Shown: one piece after another, positions 24,316 through 38,224 of the stretch | Position numbering within the stretch: position 1 is the first letter of the stretch | How the letters are laid out: the number at the start of each line of letters is the position of its first letter | NCBI RefSeq assembly: GCF_001194135.2 | Contig: NC_068989.1 | Coordinates: forward strand, 23,224,438 to 23,288,437 | Length of the DNA stretch: 64,000 nt | Reading direction: 5' to 3' | Origin: Octopus bimaculoides | Taxonomy: Eukaryota | Notes under the pieces: generated by a model | What the model was told of the DNA's origin: nothing | The model's input: only the letters and a program-made list of their open reading frames with translations | Database searches by the model: none | Made by a program: the position numbers and the translations under genes

Positions 24316-26090
24316 CTATTTCACATCAAACCAATGGTGGAGGTTTTGTTTATGGTAAACATGTCACCACTGCCACAATGTTTCAATGCAAAGGCACACA
24401 ATCACCACTACCACCTTCATTATCATCATCATTTTAACATCCCTTTTCAAATGGGATTCATTGAGAAAGATTTTCTATGGCTGGATGCCCTTCCTGTCAC
24501 CAATCCTCATCTATTACCAAGGTACTATTTCCACATAGACAAACATGTTTTTCACAGAGGATTAGAAACAAATGATGCTAGTTTACAACTATTATATGAT
24601 GTCAAGAGAACACACATATATATATATATATGCACACAAACATGTATAGATGATGGGCCTCTTTCAGAGTTCACAGACCAGATCCACTCATAAGACTTTG
24701 GTCAGCCTGGATCTATAATAAAAGATACTTGCCCAAAGTGTCACACAGTGGAACTGAACCAGAAGCAATATGATTTGAAAGTAAGCTGTTTATCCACACT
24801 GCCATGCAGAGAGAAAAAGAAATACAATAGCTCCCATCCAAATTTCCCTTACTGGTATAACCTATATTATTCATCCGTATAAGAAATAGATGGATTAGTC
24901 TCAATGATTTTCTTTCATAGACAGAGGACCACAAATTCTAATGTTTTTTAAATCTCTACAAAGATGTTAGTTACTTAAATGACTTGGTTTCAGATACTGA
25001 AATATAACTGCAGATTTGAATGTAATAAGAGTCAAACCTTTTGATACCAACTTGTCGAAGACTGACTCTGCTTCTATAATACAAACTTCTGGTAACAAAA
25101 GGATCCAAATTAAAACCTTCCATCAAAATTTCATGATTATTTATGTTCCAAACACCAGCTTAATAATAACAAAGTTATTTTACTAAATTCTTCGTCCTTT
25201 TTAAAAAGGTTAACACAACATAATACAATAATTAAAAGAGGTGGGTTTGATAATTTGCAACATTTTCAATAACATAGATAACCACCACAGTAAGTTTAAA
25301 TGCACTGATGAAAAACTAATGATCAGCATTCTTGGGGTGAGTATGTAAGGGAGACAACTCAAAACGCCCATCAATCATAAGTAGTAGTCTAGCCTTCGCC
25401 ATTGTGATAACTAAATTGTCATAGAGCATGTTCATAAAACACATTGAATAGCTGCCAGGAATTGAAATTGCATTACAATTTAATAATAAGGGGTAACATA
25501 GGGGGTCACTGAAAACAGATTCAATTAAAAAACGGGGTTGGGATTGGAGTTGGTTATTAACGATGTTTTCAACGTCATAAATAACCATACCATAGAAAAA
25601 TTAAATCCAATGTTAAGGAAAAAGTCTTTCTCAACTCTTTTGACTTTATAATTGTGTCAATGTTGACAAAACAAATAGTGGATTACAGAATTAAAAACTA
25701 AACTTATTATACTACACTATTTAATCTCATCTTTAGAATGTATGGTTACTATGTTTTCGACAGTTTTCTTATAAGACTGACAGAGGTAGTTGAGTTTAAC
25801 TGCAAGAGTTAAGAGTCACTGATGAGGATTAAAATGGTCTACATCAAAATCCAAAATTGCGATTCATGACTTACTTCCCTTTGTCAGTCATTAAGACAGT
25901 GCTTTTGAAGCTTTGGGGTTGTTTTAACTCTTATTTTTAGCAAAAGTGGTACTAGTCAGTACTCTGTCACTTTTGTGACCTCTATTAATTTTGCCTTTTG
26001 GTTCTAATTACTAATAGACCACCCTTTTAATTTGTTATATATATAGTTATATTTTGGGGGAGGTCATTTTTTTTTTTGCCAAATATTCAT

Positions 26091-26135
<45 letters not shown>

Positions 26136-26457
26136 ATCTTCCATACATTATAAATTTCAAATTGATTTTAGTGTATACTGAAGTTGAAATATTTAATTAA
26201 CCATGACATTCTGTTGATCAGAAGAGCTAGCATCTATATCTGCATTGGTTTGTAAAATGTACAATAGTACTATGCAATTTATAGCACATATACTAGTGTT
26301 GACGTGTAAAACAATTTATTATATAGTAAATAAATTATTTTTGCATGATGTTGGCTGCAAAATGGCCAACATCCTATTGATATCAATTGGTGAAATAAAT
26401 ATATTCTACTGGCGGTGCCCCAGCATGGCCACAGCCTCATGGCTGAAACATACAAAA

Positions 26458-26689
26458 GGCGGCGAGCTGGCAGAAACGTTAGCACGCCAGGTTAAATGCT
26501 TAGCGGTATTTCGTCTGCTGCTACATTCTGAGTTCAAATTTTGCTGAGGTCGACTTTGCCTTTCATCCTTTCAGGGTCGATAAATTAAGTACCAGTTGCG
26601 CACTAGGGGTTGATGCAATCAACTTAATCCCTTTGTCTGTCCTTGTTTGTCCCCTCTATGTTTAGCCCCTTGTGAGCAATAAAGAAATA
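26458..26689 (+). mobile_element. SINE family B, young copy
   Basis: 14-bp TSD tgaaacatacaaaa at 26444-26457 and 26690-26703; inserted into a remnant of a family C tail. Confidence 0.88.
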
Positions 26690-27639
26690 TGAAACATACA
26701 AAAGAATAAAAGAATCTCATAGCACCTGACTTTCTTTATATTCTATATACGCCTCATGAAATAATTTTTATTGATTGGATTTATGGGATTTCAACTACAT
26801 AGGACTCTACATTACACTCCTACATAGTAGTTTACTATTTGGTTTGTAGCCAGGTCCACTAGAGGAGGTTTCTTGTGATTACCACTGGATTACATAAATC
26901 CATATATTGTACATTAAATTTATATATATATATATGTGTGTGTGTGTATCATCATCATCATTTAACGTCCGCTTTCCATGCTAGCATGGGTTTGACGATT
27001 TGACTGAGGACTGGTGAACTGGATGGTTGCACTAGGCTCCAATCTGATCTGGCAGAGTTTCTACAGCTGGATGCCCTTCCTAACGCCAACCACTCTAACA
27101 GTGTAGTGGGTGCTTCTACATACCACCGGCACGAGGGCCAGTCAGACGGTACTGGCAATGGCCATGCTCATATCGTTTTAATGTCCAATTTTCCATGTTT
27201 GCATGGATCACACAGAATTTCTTGAGACAAACCTTTTTAAGGCCAGGCGCCCTTCTTATCTTCAAACCCTCACTTGTTTCCAAGCAAAATATTTTTTTCT
27301 TTATGATTGTACAGGTTTCTACAGAAGACTTGAAGCAAACAACACCATCTGTATGATTAGCATAACTAAAGCAGAACATCTAGACAAGGAAATAGAAACA
27401 CACACATAGATGAGAGGTTTCTTTCAGTTTCCATCTGTCATTATTAATCTGGCGCTTGAAGCATAAATTAACATGACATCTTTTTTTTAATTTCAAATCA
27501 CTTTAAAACCAAATGTCTATATCCTAGAACCAAGGGTGGTTTCAGGTTGGTTGGTATCACAAAGGGTTAATAGTAAACAACTATTTAATGATAGGTAGCT
27601 TTTGAATGCATGATAATTTAATGGTAGATCTTCAAGATA

Positions 27640-27687
<48 letters not shown>

Positions 27688-28236
27688 GCATTTATCACCA
27701 TTAGGAAAAATAGGATGAAAGAAAACATCAACAGACAAAAAGAGAAATGTCATAATTTTTCTCTGCAATTATTACACCATGTACAAAATTGTAGAGATAT
27801 TAATAAAAGCTCTCATTCACCATTTCTGACAAACTATCTTCCTACAAAAAGCATAAGACAAAAATAAATTCTCATTTAAATTATTTCACAGAATGGACTT
27901 ATTGTTACAGACATTATATTAAAACAATGCAACTTGAATTTTAAAAAAACATTTGGTTGACTTTCATATGCAATTGTTCCTATAACCTAAATTTAGCACT
28001 GGGCAGAGCACTTTACAAGCCACACACTATGGGAATAATATGCAACAAAATAATTCTTTAAAAGCAACAAAAAGAAAAAGAAACACAAATTACTATATAG
28101 CCACTTGACTTTCTCAAACTCTCTTCCTAATTAGCCAAGCCGGAATGAGTATGGCAATGCCTGAGAGTTTCAACTAATGCTTGGTTTCTATGGTTTACTA
28201 ACACTTGAACAAGTTAATACACTTAAACAAGTTAAT

Positions 28237-28366
28237 ACAGAATCTAACTATCATTTAACTTCCTTGTTCCACACTTGCATGGGTCGGATGGATTGACAGA
28301 ATCCAACTATCATTTAACTTCCTTGTTCCACACTTGCATGTGTCGGATGGATTGACAGAATCCAAC
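28237..28366. repeat. 59-bp tandem duplication within an RTE-tail remnant
   Basis: acagaatc(t/c)aactatc...ggatggattg twice, plus a partial third unit. Confidence 0.9.
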
Positions 28367-28983
28367 ACGTCCAAGACCTGCATTGTACTCAACTGTCTAT
28401 TCAGGCATGATTGCCACAGTTTGGTATTCTTCTAACACCAACCACTTTACAGTCTCTACTGGGTACTTTTCATACCACCAGCACAGGTGAGATCACTGTG
28501 AAGCTTGTAAGACTTCAAACCCCGAGAGCTTGTAAGACCTTAAACATTTTTTGCTAGATGAGGGGTTACAAGAGAAAGAGCTAGAGTAGGGCCCACATGG
28601 ATGGTTTCAAACATTTTAGAAAAAAAGATGAAGAATGATGAGGGTAGAGCAGGGAAGAGAGAAAAATAGCGGTGATGAAGATTTGTGTGTGGACCCTCAA
28701 CCTATCAGGTGAGTAGAAGTAAATGTAGCGGAGTGCAGAAGAACCAGGAGTGCATGAGTGAATGAGAGAGTGAGAGATGAGGATTGGGTGAGGTGGTGAA
28801 TATAATGAATAACAGGAGTTGTACCACAGGGCACAGCTGAGCACATAATTTGTTCTGGGATATGTGGCCCATTGCCTCCACCCCCTCCATCTCCTGCTGC
28901 TTTACCCCACACACACACACTTTTTTCCCCCTTTCCTTTCTTATCTCTCTTCTTTCCTATTTCTTTGTATTTAAATGCTGTAA

Positions 28984-29370
28984 GTGGAGGCGCAATGGCT
29001 CAGTGGTTAGAGCAACGGACTCGCGGTCATAGGATCGCGGTTTCGATTCCCAGACCGGGCGTTGTGAGTGTTTATTGATCGAAAACACCTAAAGCTCCAC
29101 GAGGCTCCGGCAGGGGATGGTGGCGAACCCTGCTGTACTCTTCCACCACAACTTTCTCTCACTCATACTTCCTATTTCTGTTGTACCTGTAATTCAAAGG
29201 GCCAGCCTTGTCACACCATGTCACGCTGAATGTCCCCGAGAACTACGTTAAGGGTACACGTGTCTGTGGAGTACTCAGCCACTTGCACATTAATTTCACA
29301 AGCAGGCTGTTCCGTTGATCAGATCAACTGGAACCCTCGACGTCGTAAGCGACGGAGTGCCAACAGCAAC
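28984..29370 (+). mobile_element. SINE family A in light-chain intron 3
   Basis: Full-length copy; TSD aaatgctgtaa/aaatgttgtaa. Confidence 0.9.
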
Positions 29371-29879
29371 AAATGTTGTAATAGAGTTGAGTTCTGTATG
29401 CTTTAATTAACGCAACAATGACATACGCATTCATTCCTATGACATTCCAGTAGATTCAAATGTGAATATGCTAAGCTTGTTCAGGTTTGCATCAGCCAAA
29501 ACATATCAAGAACATATACAAGACTATTTTTGATTTCAGCTGTTGACCATGCACATGACAATTTATTATTTTTATCAACAGCTATTCATAAAGTTTCAGT
29601 AAACATTTCTGAGCCTTTTTCTGTTTTGTTTTTGAGCTTACTTCCACAATAAAAGCAAACACAATACAAGCTACATGCAAAAAGTACATTGTAGCTGGCA
29701 TAGCAAAACATGGAAAACATTCAATAAAAAAAAAATTACATAATATAAAAAAAAAACTAGCATGACCATGCAACATGTCCCTGTGCTATAATGGTTTAAA
29801 GTGTCCATGCAAACATATACAAGGCCAGTTATAGCTACATATACAAGACCTGGTTATAGTTATGTGTGTGTGTATATAC

Positions 29880-29940
<61 letters not shown>

Positions 29941-30394
29941 NNNNNNNNNNNNNNNNNNNNNNNNNNNNNNNNNNNNNNNNNNNNNNNNNNNNNNNNNNNN
30001 NNNNNNNNNNNNNNNNNNNNNNNNNNNNNNNNNNNNNNNNNNNNNNNNNNNNNNNNNNNNNNNNNNNNNNNNNNNNNNNNNNNNNNNNNNNNNNNNNNNN
30101 NNNNNNNNNNNNNNNNNNNNNNNNNNNNNNNNNNNNNNNNNNNNNNNNNNNNNNNNNNNNNNNNNNNNNNNNNNNNNNNNNNNNNNNNNNNNNNNNNNNN
30201 NNNNNNNNNNNNNNNNNNNNNNNNNNNNNNNNNNNNNNNNNNNNNNNNNNNNNNNNNNNNNNNNNNNNNNNNNNNNNNNNNNNNNNNNNNNNNNNNNNNN
30301 NNNNNNNNNNNNNNNNNNNNNNNNNNNNNNNNNNNNNNNNNNNNNNNNNNNNNNNNNNNNNNNNNNNNNNNNNNNNNNNNNNNNNNNNNNNNNN

Positions 30395-30430
<36 letters not shown>

Positions 30431-30756
30431 CACACACACCCATCTGCTTTCTAGGAGAATCTGAAAAAGCTATCAGTAGTATCCTTAAATCAACAAATAA
30501 AATAAATGTCAAACCACTGCATGCTTCTTCAGGTTAATTAGTAATGGAAATTACAAAGTTACTTACTAGTTCCAAAATATATAAAGATAATCCACTGATA
30601 ATGATTAATTATTATTAGCTATTACTACTAATGCAGCAGACTGACAGATACCCTATAAAAGATTGTGAAACACAGTCCTAAGATATGAAACACTAGAGCA
30701 GTTAGTAATTACGAAATAGTCTTTAACCACACCACCCAGGGACAACTTATGCTTTT

Positions 30757-31138
30757 AGGTGCAGGTCTGGCCGTGTGGTAAGAAGCTTGCTTTACAACCA
30801 CTAGGTTCTGGGTTCAGTCCCACTGCAGGGTACCTTGGGCAAGTGTCTTCTACTATAGATTCAGGCTGACCAAGGCTTTGTGAGAGGGTCTGGTAGACGG
30901 AAACTGAAAAAACCCTGTCGTGTGTGTGTGTTTGTTTTTGTTCCTCGTCACTGCTTGGCAACCAGTGTTGGTGCATTTACCTCCCCGTAACTTCGTGGTT
31001 CAGCAAGAAATCAATAGAATAAGTACCAGGCTTAAAAAGTAAGTACTGGGGTCAATTAATTCAACTAAAAGATTCTTCACGGTGGCACCCCAGCATAGCT
31101 GCAGTCTAACGACTGAAACAAGTAAAAGATAAAAAGAT
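30757..31138 (+). mobile_element. SINE family C, full length
   Basis: Same head, CORE-like segment, internal (GT)n and tail as the 14816-15200 copy. Confidence 0.8.
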
Positions 31139-31589
31139 AACTGCTAATTGTTGTTCTAAAAACAATGTAAGCCTACCAATCATATATATCAGTTACAAAT
31201 TAAGCATAAAAATGTAATGATTATAATCTGTTTTTAACTTATACAATGATTATAAATATAGGCATGGCTGTATGGTTATAAAGTACACTTAGCAACCATG
31301 TAGTTATGGGATCAGTGCTGCTGTGTAGCACTAAAAGTATACATCTACTATAGCTTCAGGCTGATCAATGCCTTAGGAGTCAAATTGGTAGATGGAAACT
31401 GAGAGAAAGCCTGTTGTATTATCGTATTTTAACATCCACTTTTCCAATGCTGGCATGGGTTAGATGGAGTATATTGAAGCAGAGTTTCTATAGCTGGATA
31501 CCTTTCCTGTCACCTAACCCTCAATTGTTTCCAAGTAAAGTAATATTTCACCGTGGCCAGACATGTTTTCACAGAATATTGGAAATGAA

Positions 31590-31965
31590 TGAGTACAGTT
31601 GCATAAAGAAGTGCCAATCACTTAAAGTAGAAGAGGGAGACCCAGGAAGACATGGGATGAAGTTTTGAAGGCTGATCTGAACACACTGAACCTTACAAAG
31701 GAACTGTCAGGGGACCAAGATATGTGGTGCACTACTGTACTTGAGAAGACCTGCTCACCACAACAGAATTGAGATCCCAAAACCAAGGTGCCACGTAAAC
31801 AGCGCTGGTGCTGGTGCCACTCAAAAAGTACCTGTGATGGGGCCACATAAAAAGCACCCAGTACACTCTGTGGAGTGGTTGCATTAGGAAAGGCATCCAG
31901 CCACAGAAACCAACCCAAAACAGACTATGGAACCTGGTGTAACCTAATGATGATGATGAATGACG
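31590..31965 (+). mobile_element. RTE LINE 3' fragment
   Basis: CIKKCQSL...RPRKTWDEVLK-like segment followed by the RTE tail and (GAT)n. Confidence 0.75.
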
Positions 31966-33070
31966 CTATATGACAGCAACACTCATTTCCAACCATCACG
32001 CAAATGTCAAGACAAGGAGATAAAAACATAAACACACACATACATATATATATATAGATGTGTGTATGTATGTGTGTTAAACTGACATTCCATGCATCGC
32101 CGTTAAATACTACCTGAGAGAGAGAGAGAGAGGAAAAAAATCTCTGCTTGCAATCTCCAATAGGTAGATGTCTCAAAACTTCAGCTTTTGTCATGTGATG
32201 ACCAGTAGAATGAAAAGAAAATCACCTTACTTAGAAAACAAGTAAGGGTTGGTGACAGGAAGAGCATTGGACTACAGAAAGAGTTCCTTGACAAGTTTCA
32301 TCTAACTCATGCCAGCATAAAAAAAAACTGACACAAAACCAAACAAATGAACTACAATTAACAACCAAGTTCAGTGAATAGAAAGAAACCCAAACTATAA
32401 AAACTGATGACTATGATCAATAGCAATCTAAGACAAGTCTGTTGTAACCAATATGAAGGAATCTAACATAATTAAGTAAAATCTCTCCTGGTAATCTCAC
32501 ATACTCACAATAGCAGAGACTGGTCCTCCTCTTTAGGACCAGAAAATACTTCAATCCCTTTAACCTCCTACAACGGAATATTGCTTCCACACATACAAAC
32601 AGACACACAAGACTGTATCCATAAAAGAATTCATCTAGCTGATTAGCAGGACATTGCTGGTCAACAGTCACCAACCTCAAGGTCACAGAAATGTTGGGTC
32701 TTCATTGCTTTTTCTAGTATTACTATAGTGGCCTCTGCTTGTTAGAGCATGTTATCTTTGCCGCCCCTCCTCAGACACCTCTCTCAACACTCATCTCTCT
32801 TTTTCTTATCAACCATATTGTTGTGTCCACCCATCCACAAGTACAACACTAATATCCCTCGAGAATTCACTCTTTGTCCACATTTTTCTTGCAGCATTCA
32901 GCATTTCAAGAGGAAACTTTGCCTAGGATAGCCTGTGAGAGCCTTGAGCAAAGATCCTTCCAACAAACTGACTCATTAGGAAAGAAAAAAAATTCTGAAA
33001 TTTTCCATGAAAATTATCGATGAAGCTAATAAGTAACTTTAAGAAAAAGGTTAGCAAGGCTAATACTAAC

Positions 33071-33211
33071 TTTCTCTACCTTCATAACCACATTTCTTCA
33101 CTTCAGCTTGGGTTGGGTTCTCTCCCATAGCTCTCAGTACTTCTCCAAGTTGATATGCAGATACTTTTCCATCTCCCTTTTCATCAAACAAGTTGAAAAT
33201 GTCAAGTAAAT
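33071..33211 (-). CDS. Mlc-c: Myosin essential light chain exon 3 (141 nt, EF-hand 1)
   Basis: cattttag|AT TTA CTT...; encodes (D)LLDIFNLFDEKGDGKVSAYQLGEVLRAMGENPTQAEVKKCGYEGRE; donor AAA|GTTAGT. The GEVLRAxGxNPTxAEVKK motif is diagnostic of essential light chains. Confidence 0.93.
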
Positions 33212-33318
33212 CTAAAATGACAAAATAATATAACCAAATGAATGAGCAGTATATATTGTGAAACTTGGAGATGAACCAATTTTGCCAATGAAAACACATG
33301 CACAATATATTTGGTTTT

Positions 33319-33500
33319 CACTTCAGCTTTATCATTATTATTATCATCAATTTAGTTTCTTTGTCAAAGCTCTTTTGGCACACGTCCTGTGACCTCTTCA
33401 GTGACTCTCTATCCTATGTGTCTTTGCTGAAGAGGTCACAGGATGTGTGATGAAAGAGCTTTGAAAAAGAAACTAAAATAATTATAATAAAGCTGAAGTG
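33319..33500. repeat. Palindromic dispersed repeat (related decayed copy at about 3075-3210)
   Basis: Arms 33319-33401 and 33427-33500; termini cacttcagcttt / aaagctgaagtg. Confidence 0.8.
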
Positions 33501-33922
33501 ACTGGCAAAATACGATCATCCCCAAGTAAAACAAGAGCTGTTTCAACATACGATTTCACATCAAGAATCTTGCAAAACATTTACATAAATATAACAATAC
33601 ATTTTGACAACTAAGATAGTAAAAATTCAGTAATTTAGACTCATTTCAAAAGGAGTTCTTAAAAAAACGGTCTCTGCATTTATTCATTTAACAGGGAAGC
33701 AACTTTTTTTTGTTGTGTTTTTTTACGATTGAAGAATTTGATGCCAACAATGAGAGTAGGGTCATAAACAAAACAGGATTTTTTGTCTGCCACATATATG
33801 TGCATGTGGTTTCCAACCACATGGCTCTGGGTTCAGTCCCATGCATAGTACCTTACAGCCCTGGGCTGACCAAAGGCTTGTGAGTGGAAATTGGTCAAAG
33901 GAAGCTGAAAGAAGCCCATCAA

Positions 33923-34011
<89 letters not shown>

Positions 34012-37000
34012 CATGTATGTATATCTATATGCATATATGTTTGTGTTTATCTCCCACTACCACTTGACAGTGTTGATGTGTTTACATCCCCACCTCCATA
34101 ACTTAGCAGTGCAGCAAAGTGAACCAATGGAATAAGTAGAAGACTTTAAAAATAAGTACTGGGGAGGGGATCATTTAGCAAGCACAGTTTTTTTTCTTTC
34201 TTTTTCCTTTCCTTTCCTTTTCTTTTCTGTCAGCTCAGACTTTATTGTGGTTTGGATTGGTGCACACTGTGTATTTGCTGTTGAAATATCTGCCAAGACT
34301 GCTGAATCTGGGAGGTTTTGTATTTCCTTTTCCATACTCTGTATAACAGCCAACCCAACAATATAGAACAATTAAATATACATTTTTATAGAACTGACCA
34401 TCAGTCTCTGTTGCTCGAGTTAAGCTCAATATTTCACAATTCTATGTACTAGTTATTGTCATGTTCAGCTCTGTAGTTCTGCTCCTACTTCCCTATCAAG
34501 GAATCTGTATTCTACACATAAATTAATCTCAATGATGATGTATCTTTAATACTTGTCACTGAAACTATCATTAATATTATTATTATTGGCAATGCAGTGA
34601 GCTGGCAGAATTGGTAACCAAATTCTGCTGAGGTCTACTTAACCTTTCAAGGTTGATAAAATAAGTACCAGTTGAGTACAAGGATTGGTGTAATCAACTT
34701 ACCCCCTCCTCCCAAAACTACTAGCCTTATTATTATTATTGGTGGCAAGCTGGCAGAATCACGAGAGCATTGGACATGATACTTTGTGATATTTGTTCCA
34801 GCTGCTTAGGTTCTGAGTTCAAATCCCATCAAGGTTAAATTTGTCTTTCATTCTTTCAAGTTTAATAAAATAAAATATAATACCAGTCATGTACTGACAC
34901 CAATGTAATCAACTAACCACTCCCCCTAAAATTGCTGGCCTTGTGCAAAATTAACATTTTGAAGCAAGTTTTTAATTCAGATCACTTTAAAACAGTTAAG
35001 TTTATACAAAATTGAGAACAGACTCAGGTGGTTTGAAATCAAAACAGTTAAAGTCTTGTGCTCTTGAAAAACAAGAATTCAAAACTTTAAACTTCCCACT
35101 TATCACAGTAATTGAACATTTGACTGGTTATTTTCAAAGCAGACCTTCACTGATTCCTCCAGATTCCAGACTTCAGAATTTATTCTACTGGTTACATTGC
35201 CTAAATGAAATAAGTTTCTATCCAATTAAAAGAAGCTTCTCTAATTACATCGTATTTTTGGTCAGTTTTAACCATTACTTCAACTGACTGGAATAGTTTC
35301 ATTAACAAACACACCACTACAGACATCCATTCCTAAAAATAGTACTGCAGGAAGTGTCATGATTCAATCAAGTCTTACATTATATTTCTATCCTGTCTCA
35401 AAATAAAATAAATAAATAAATAAACCACTGCTTACACATGAGTAAACATTTCATTTATTATCATTATGCCTACATGGAAAGTAGCAATACATAACACTTC
35501 ACTAGAAGGAAACCTCATCATAGGGTATTTATTTCACTGCTTAACCCTTTGATAACATTATTATTTTATTAGCAGAAGTAAGTATATGCTAAGGCACACC
35601 ATGCCAGGATTTTATTTGTCGCACATAGTGTTTATGTGATTAATATTACAAGTACCATTAAGACAATAAGCTGGCAGAATAATTAGCAAGCAGGGTAAAA
35701 TGTTAAGTGGCATTTTGTCTGTCTTTATGTTCTGAGTTCAAATTCCACCAAAGTTAATTCTACCTTTCCGAGTTGTCAAAATAAGTACCAGCTGAGTATT
35801 GGCGTTGACGTAATTGACATACCCCATCCCCCAAAATTGCCAGCATTGTGCCAAAATTTGAAACCATCACAAAACATTTATTAGCAATTAAAACAAATAG
35901 ATGGCAGATATCAATGTACTTATACAATAATGAAATACAATATAAAGCACTACTCATCCATCAGTAAAGAATCCTTTATCATCATTATTTAACATCCATG
36001 TTCCATGCAGGAATGGGTTAGATGGTTTGACAGGATCTATCAGGTCAAAAGACTGCATCATGTTCCAATTTTTGCTTTGGCATGATTTCTACGGCTGAAT
36101 ACCCCTCATAGTGCCAACAACTTTACAGTGCGTACTGGGAGCTTTTTTTTTATGCTACCTGCACTAGTGAAGTCACCATACAATTATAAAGACTAAGGTC
36201 CCTTTTGACTGAGAGGGGTTACTCTAGAGAGGAAAGTGGCTTTATAGTAAGGGATGAGGGGTTAAACAGGCATGGATAACCTTTTTATGAGAAGCAGGCC
36301 ACTCTAGACATAGCTCATTATCAGCTAAGCCACACTACTAAAAAAAGTTGATGGTAATTTTTTGTTAGGCATACCATTCAGAAAGGCTTATCAACTGTAG
36401 CTTGCTCATTACTGTGTTAAAGTACAAGGGACTGTTAATCCAATTTAATTAACAGCAAAATAATGTTTAATGAAAAAAAATAAAACCATTGAATATTTTC
36501 ATTCTGAATCTGAGATATATCTTATAATAAAGCTATGACAACAAAGCTAAGAACTTTAAATGTGTAACTCTTGACTTAGCTAATTCCATAGCATTGGTTA
36601 ACTCCTACACACTTGGCTGGAACAAAATCAGCACCACCGTATCTTTTTCCTAGTATTTTTATAGTATAATTATGATTGTTTTTCTAAACAAAGTCATTTG
36701 TACTTTAATATAGTCATTAGAATGTGAGGGCGTGACTAATGGTCATGTTGCAAACAATATTCAATACAATAAAAGTAGACAAACAAAGACATGGATATAA
36801 GCAGTGGAAATACATTTTGGACAGAGCTGTTCGCATGAGAATTTCTTATTCTCTGATAAATGGCTCTAGCTGAAACAGTTATTTCTTCAGCTCACAGCAA
36901 TCTAACATAACCTCATTTATTGTACCTTCTACCACATTATGTATGTGTAAAATGTAAACACTAACACAGACCCTATGCTATAGGCTGATGTACACAAACC

Positions 37001-37248
37001 AATACAGACCTGAAAGGTATGTACTATATATAAGAGGTGTATACATAATGACATCCTATATAGACACAAATGCAAAAGATTCTACACAGACAACACAAAC
37101 ATGAAAAACCCTACTGAAACACCTGCATACTCTTTGTAGACATGTACACAACACTTTTATGAAGACAAATACAACTTAACACAGCAACATAAATCTTAAA
37201 TAGATTCATATGCAACAAACACTACACAGGTAATACGCAACAAACACT

Positions 37249-37466
37249 ACAAGGCGGTACTGAAAAGTTCCTGGCTTTGGGTAAAAGAAAATACAGAAAG
37301 ATCAGTTAGTGATGATTTTAATCAACATATTCCCCTCTCAGATTCACACACTTATTACAGTGGTCCTTCAGTTTTTCTAAGCCCTGTAAAAGAACCCAGA
37401 ATGTTGGTCCTCCAGCCAGGCTGTTCGCGATACCCTTGAAGATAGGAACTTTTCAGCACACCCTCA
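37249..37466. mobile_element. mariner-type MITE
   Basis: Imperfect TIRs aggcggtactgaaaagttcc / ggaacttttcagcacaccct with TA flanks. Confidence 0.65.
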
Positions 37467-37780
37467 TACATATACACCAAACCTCACACACATAACAACT
37501 CTACACCAAACCCTACACACATAATGAATTTTATGTAGACATGGACACAACCAACTCCAAACACACTCTCACAGACTTAATACAGAGATACAAGTTCTAC
37601 ACAGACAGAAAGAACCGACACTACTTAGATGCAACAGGCCCAATATAAACGTGTACACAGCAGACTATATAGATATATACACAGACACATTCATAATATA
37701 TTCTAAGTTGATATGTATGCAGTAGATTCTAATCACACCTACACAACAATTCCTCTACAGACACATATAAAAGAAACTCA

Positions 37781-38224
37781 CAGCTATGGTCACCCACCAG
37801 TGTGAAAATAACAGCGGACCTTGAAGCAATCCAGAGAAGATTCACAAAGAAGATCGTCTCTTTGCAACTGCTCAGCTACTGGGAAAGGCTGAAACAGCTA
37901 AGACTCTACTCCCTGGAAAAAGGCAGGAGAAGTATGCAGTAATATACATCTGGAAGATCCTAGAAGGAATTGTGCCAAATTTTGGCATTGAAAGCTACAC
38001 CAATGCCAGAACAGGACGACACTGCATAGTGCCAAAGATCCCAGCAACGTCATCGCGCTTCAGGACCAGTTCCTGCAACAGCCTAGGTTTCAGGAGCCAA
38101 CACCTTTTTAATATTCTCCCAAAGAGCCTGAGGAACCTGCACAAAGTAGATGTAGGCGTTTTTAAATCAAAGCTGGACCTCTTCCTGTTGAGAGTCCCAG
38201 ATGAACCCACCTCACAGCAAGAGG
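37781..38224 (+). mobile_element. CR1-clade LINE, ORF2 3' end (runs into a gap)
   Basis: WSP...LEAIQRRFTKKI...SYWERLKQLRLYSLE...IYIWKILEGIVPN...FKSKLDLFLLRVPDEP, with one frameshift near 37920. Confidence 0.85.
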
